DNA of 64,000 nt from Trichosphaerium sp. ATCC 40318. Taxonomy: Eukaryota > Protista > Tubulinea. Position numbers and translations under genes: made by a program. The stretch lies in the NCBI GenBank assembly GCA_038496445.1, contig JALMLS010000516.1, positions 1-64,000 on the forward strand, in the 5' to 3' direction. The notes under the pieces were generated by a model. It was not told the origin of the DNA and made no database searches. It worked only from the letters and a program-made list of their open reading frames with translations. Below, one piece after another: positions 63,915 to 64,000 of this stretch (positions are counted from its first letter, which is position 1; each line of letters opens with the position of its first letter).

Positions 63915-64000
63915 TAAGAAAACACGTGCCTTCTTAGGGTGCTTTATAATCATTAATTGCAGACCTTTACTATGTGACATTTTAGCAGCAAGTTAAAATG

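Noticed and set aside
1-64000. Stop-codon reassignment as the cause of fragmented ORFs
   Set aside because: Breaks coincide with GT..AG introns with CTAAY-like branch points. Long exons are stop-free, and TAA, TAG and TGA all occur as terminators.

Overview
AT-rich (~35% GC by eye), gene-dense nuclear DNA from a unicellular eukaryote. It uses the standard genetic code and has many short (mostly 45-90 nt) spliceosomal GT-AG introns, which is why the ORF track is fragmented. The gene content suggests an amoebozoan-type protist (inference). I assembled about 24 protein genes by hand across introns. They include a multi-C-type-lectin protein, an M12B/ADAM protease with a ricin-B tail, three F-box/LRR genes plus an LRR relic, an R3H protein, an SRSF11/SREK1-like splicing factor, phospholipase B, a divergent ADP/ATP carrier, an OSCA/CSC1-like channel, a SIRT6/7-Kelch fusion, NAPE-PLD, a helical-repeat plus PD-(D/E)xK nuclease-like protein, a TauE transporter, a vWA/Cys-rich receptor, a double-domain adenosine deaminase, a Pho88-like protein and an LRR protein. 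There is also one tRNA-Ser(AGA), a solo LTR, and a 5'-truncated non-LTR retrotransposon with a 17-bp TSD. Most notable: (1) the palindrome CACGTG is about 10x over-represented across introns, intergenic DNA and exons; (2) a probably mitochondrial protein has ~8 tandem ~75-aa repeats ending in a restriction-endonuclease-like domain; (3) the LINE copy ends in a structured RNA element and a sense-strand poly(T) tail, and is inserted at a CACGTG site; (4) an F-box/LRR family has intron-free repeat exons. Gene boundaries are manual and some 5' ends are uncertain.
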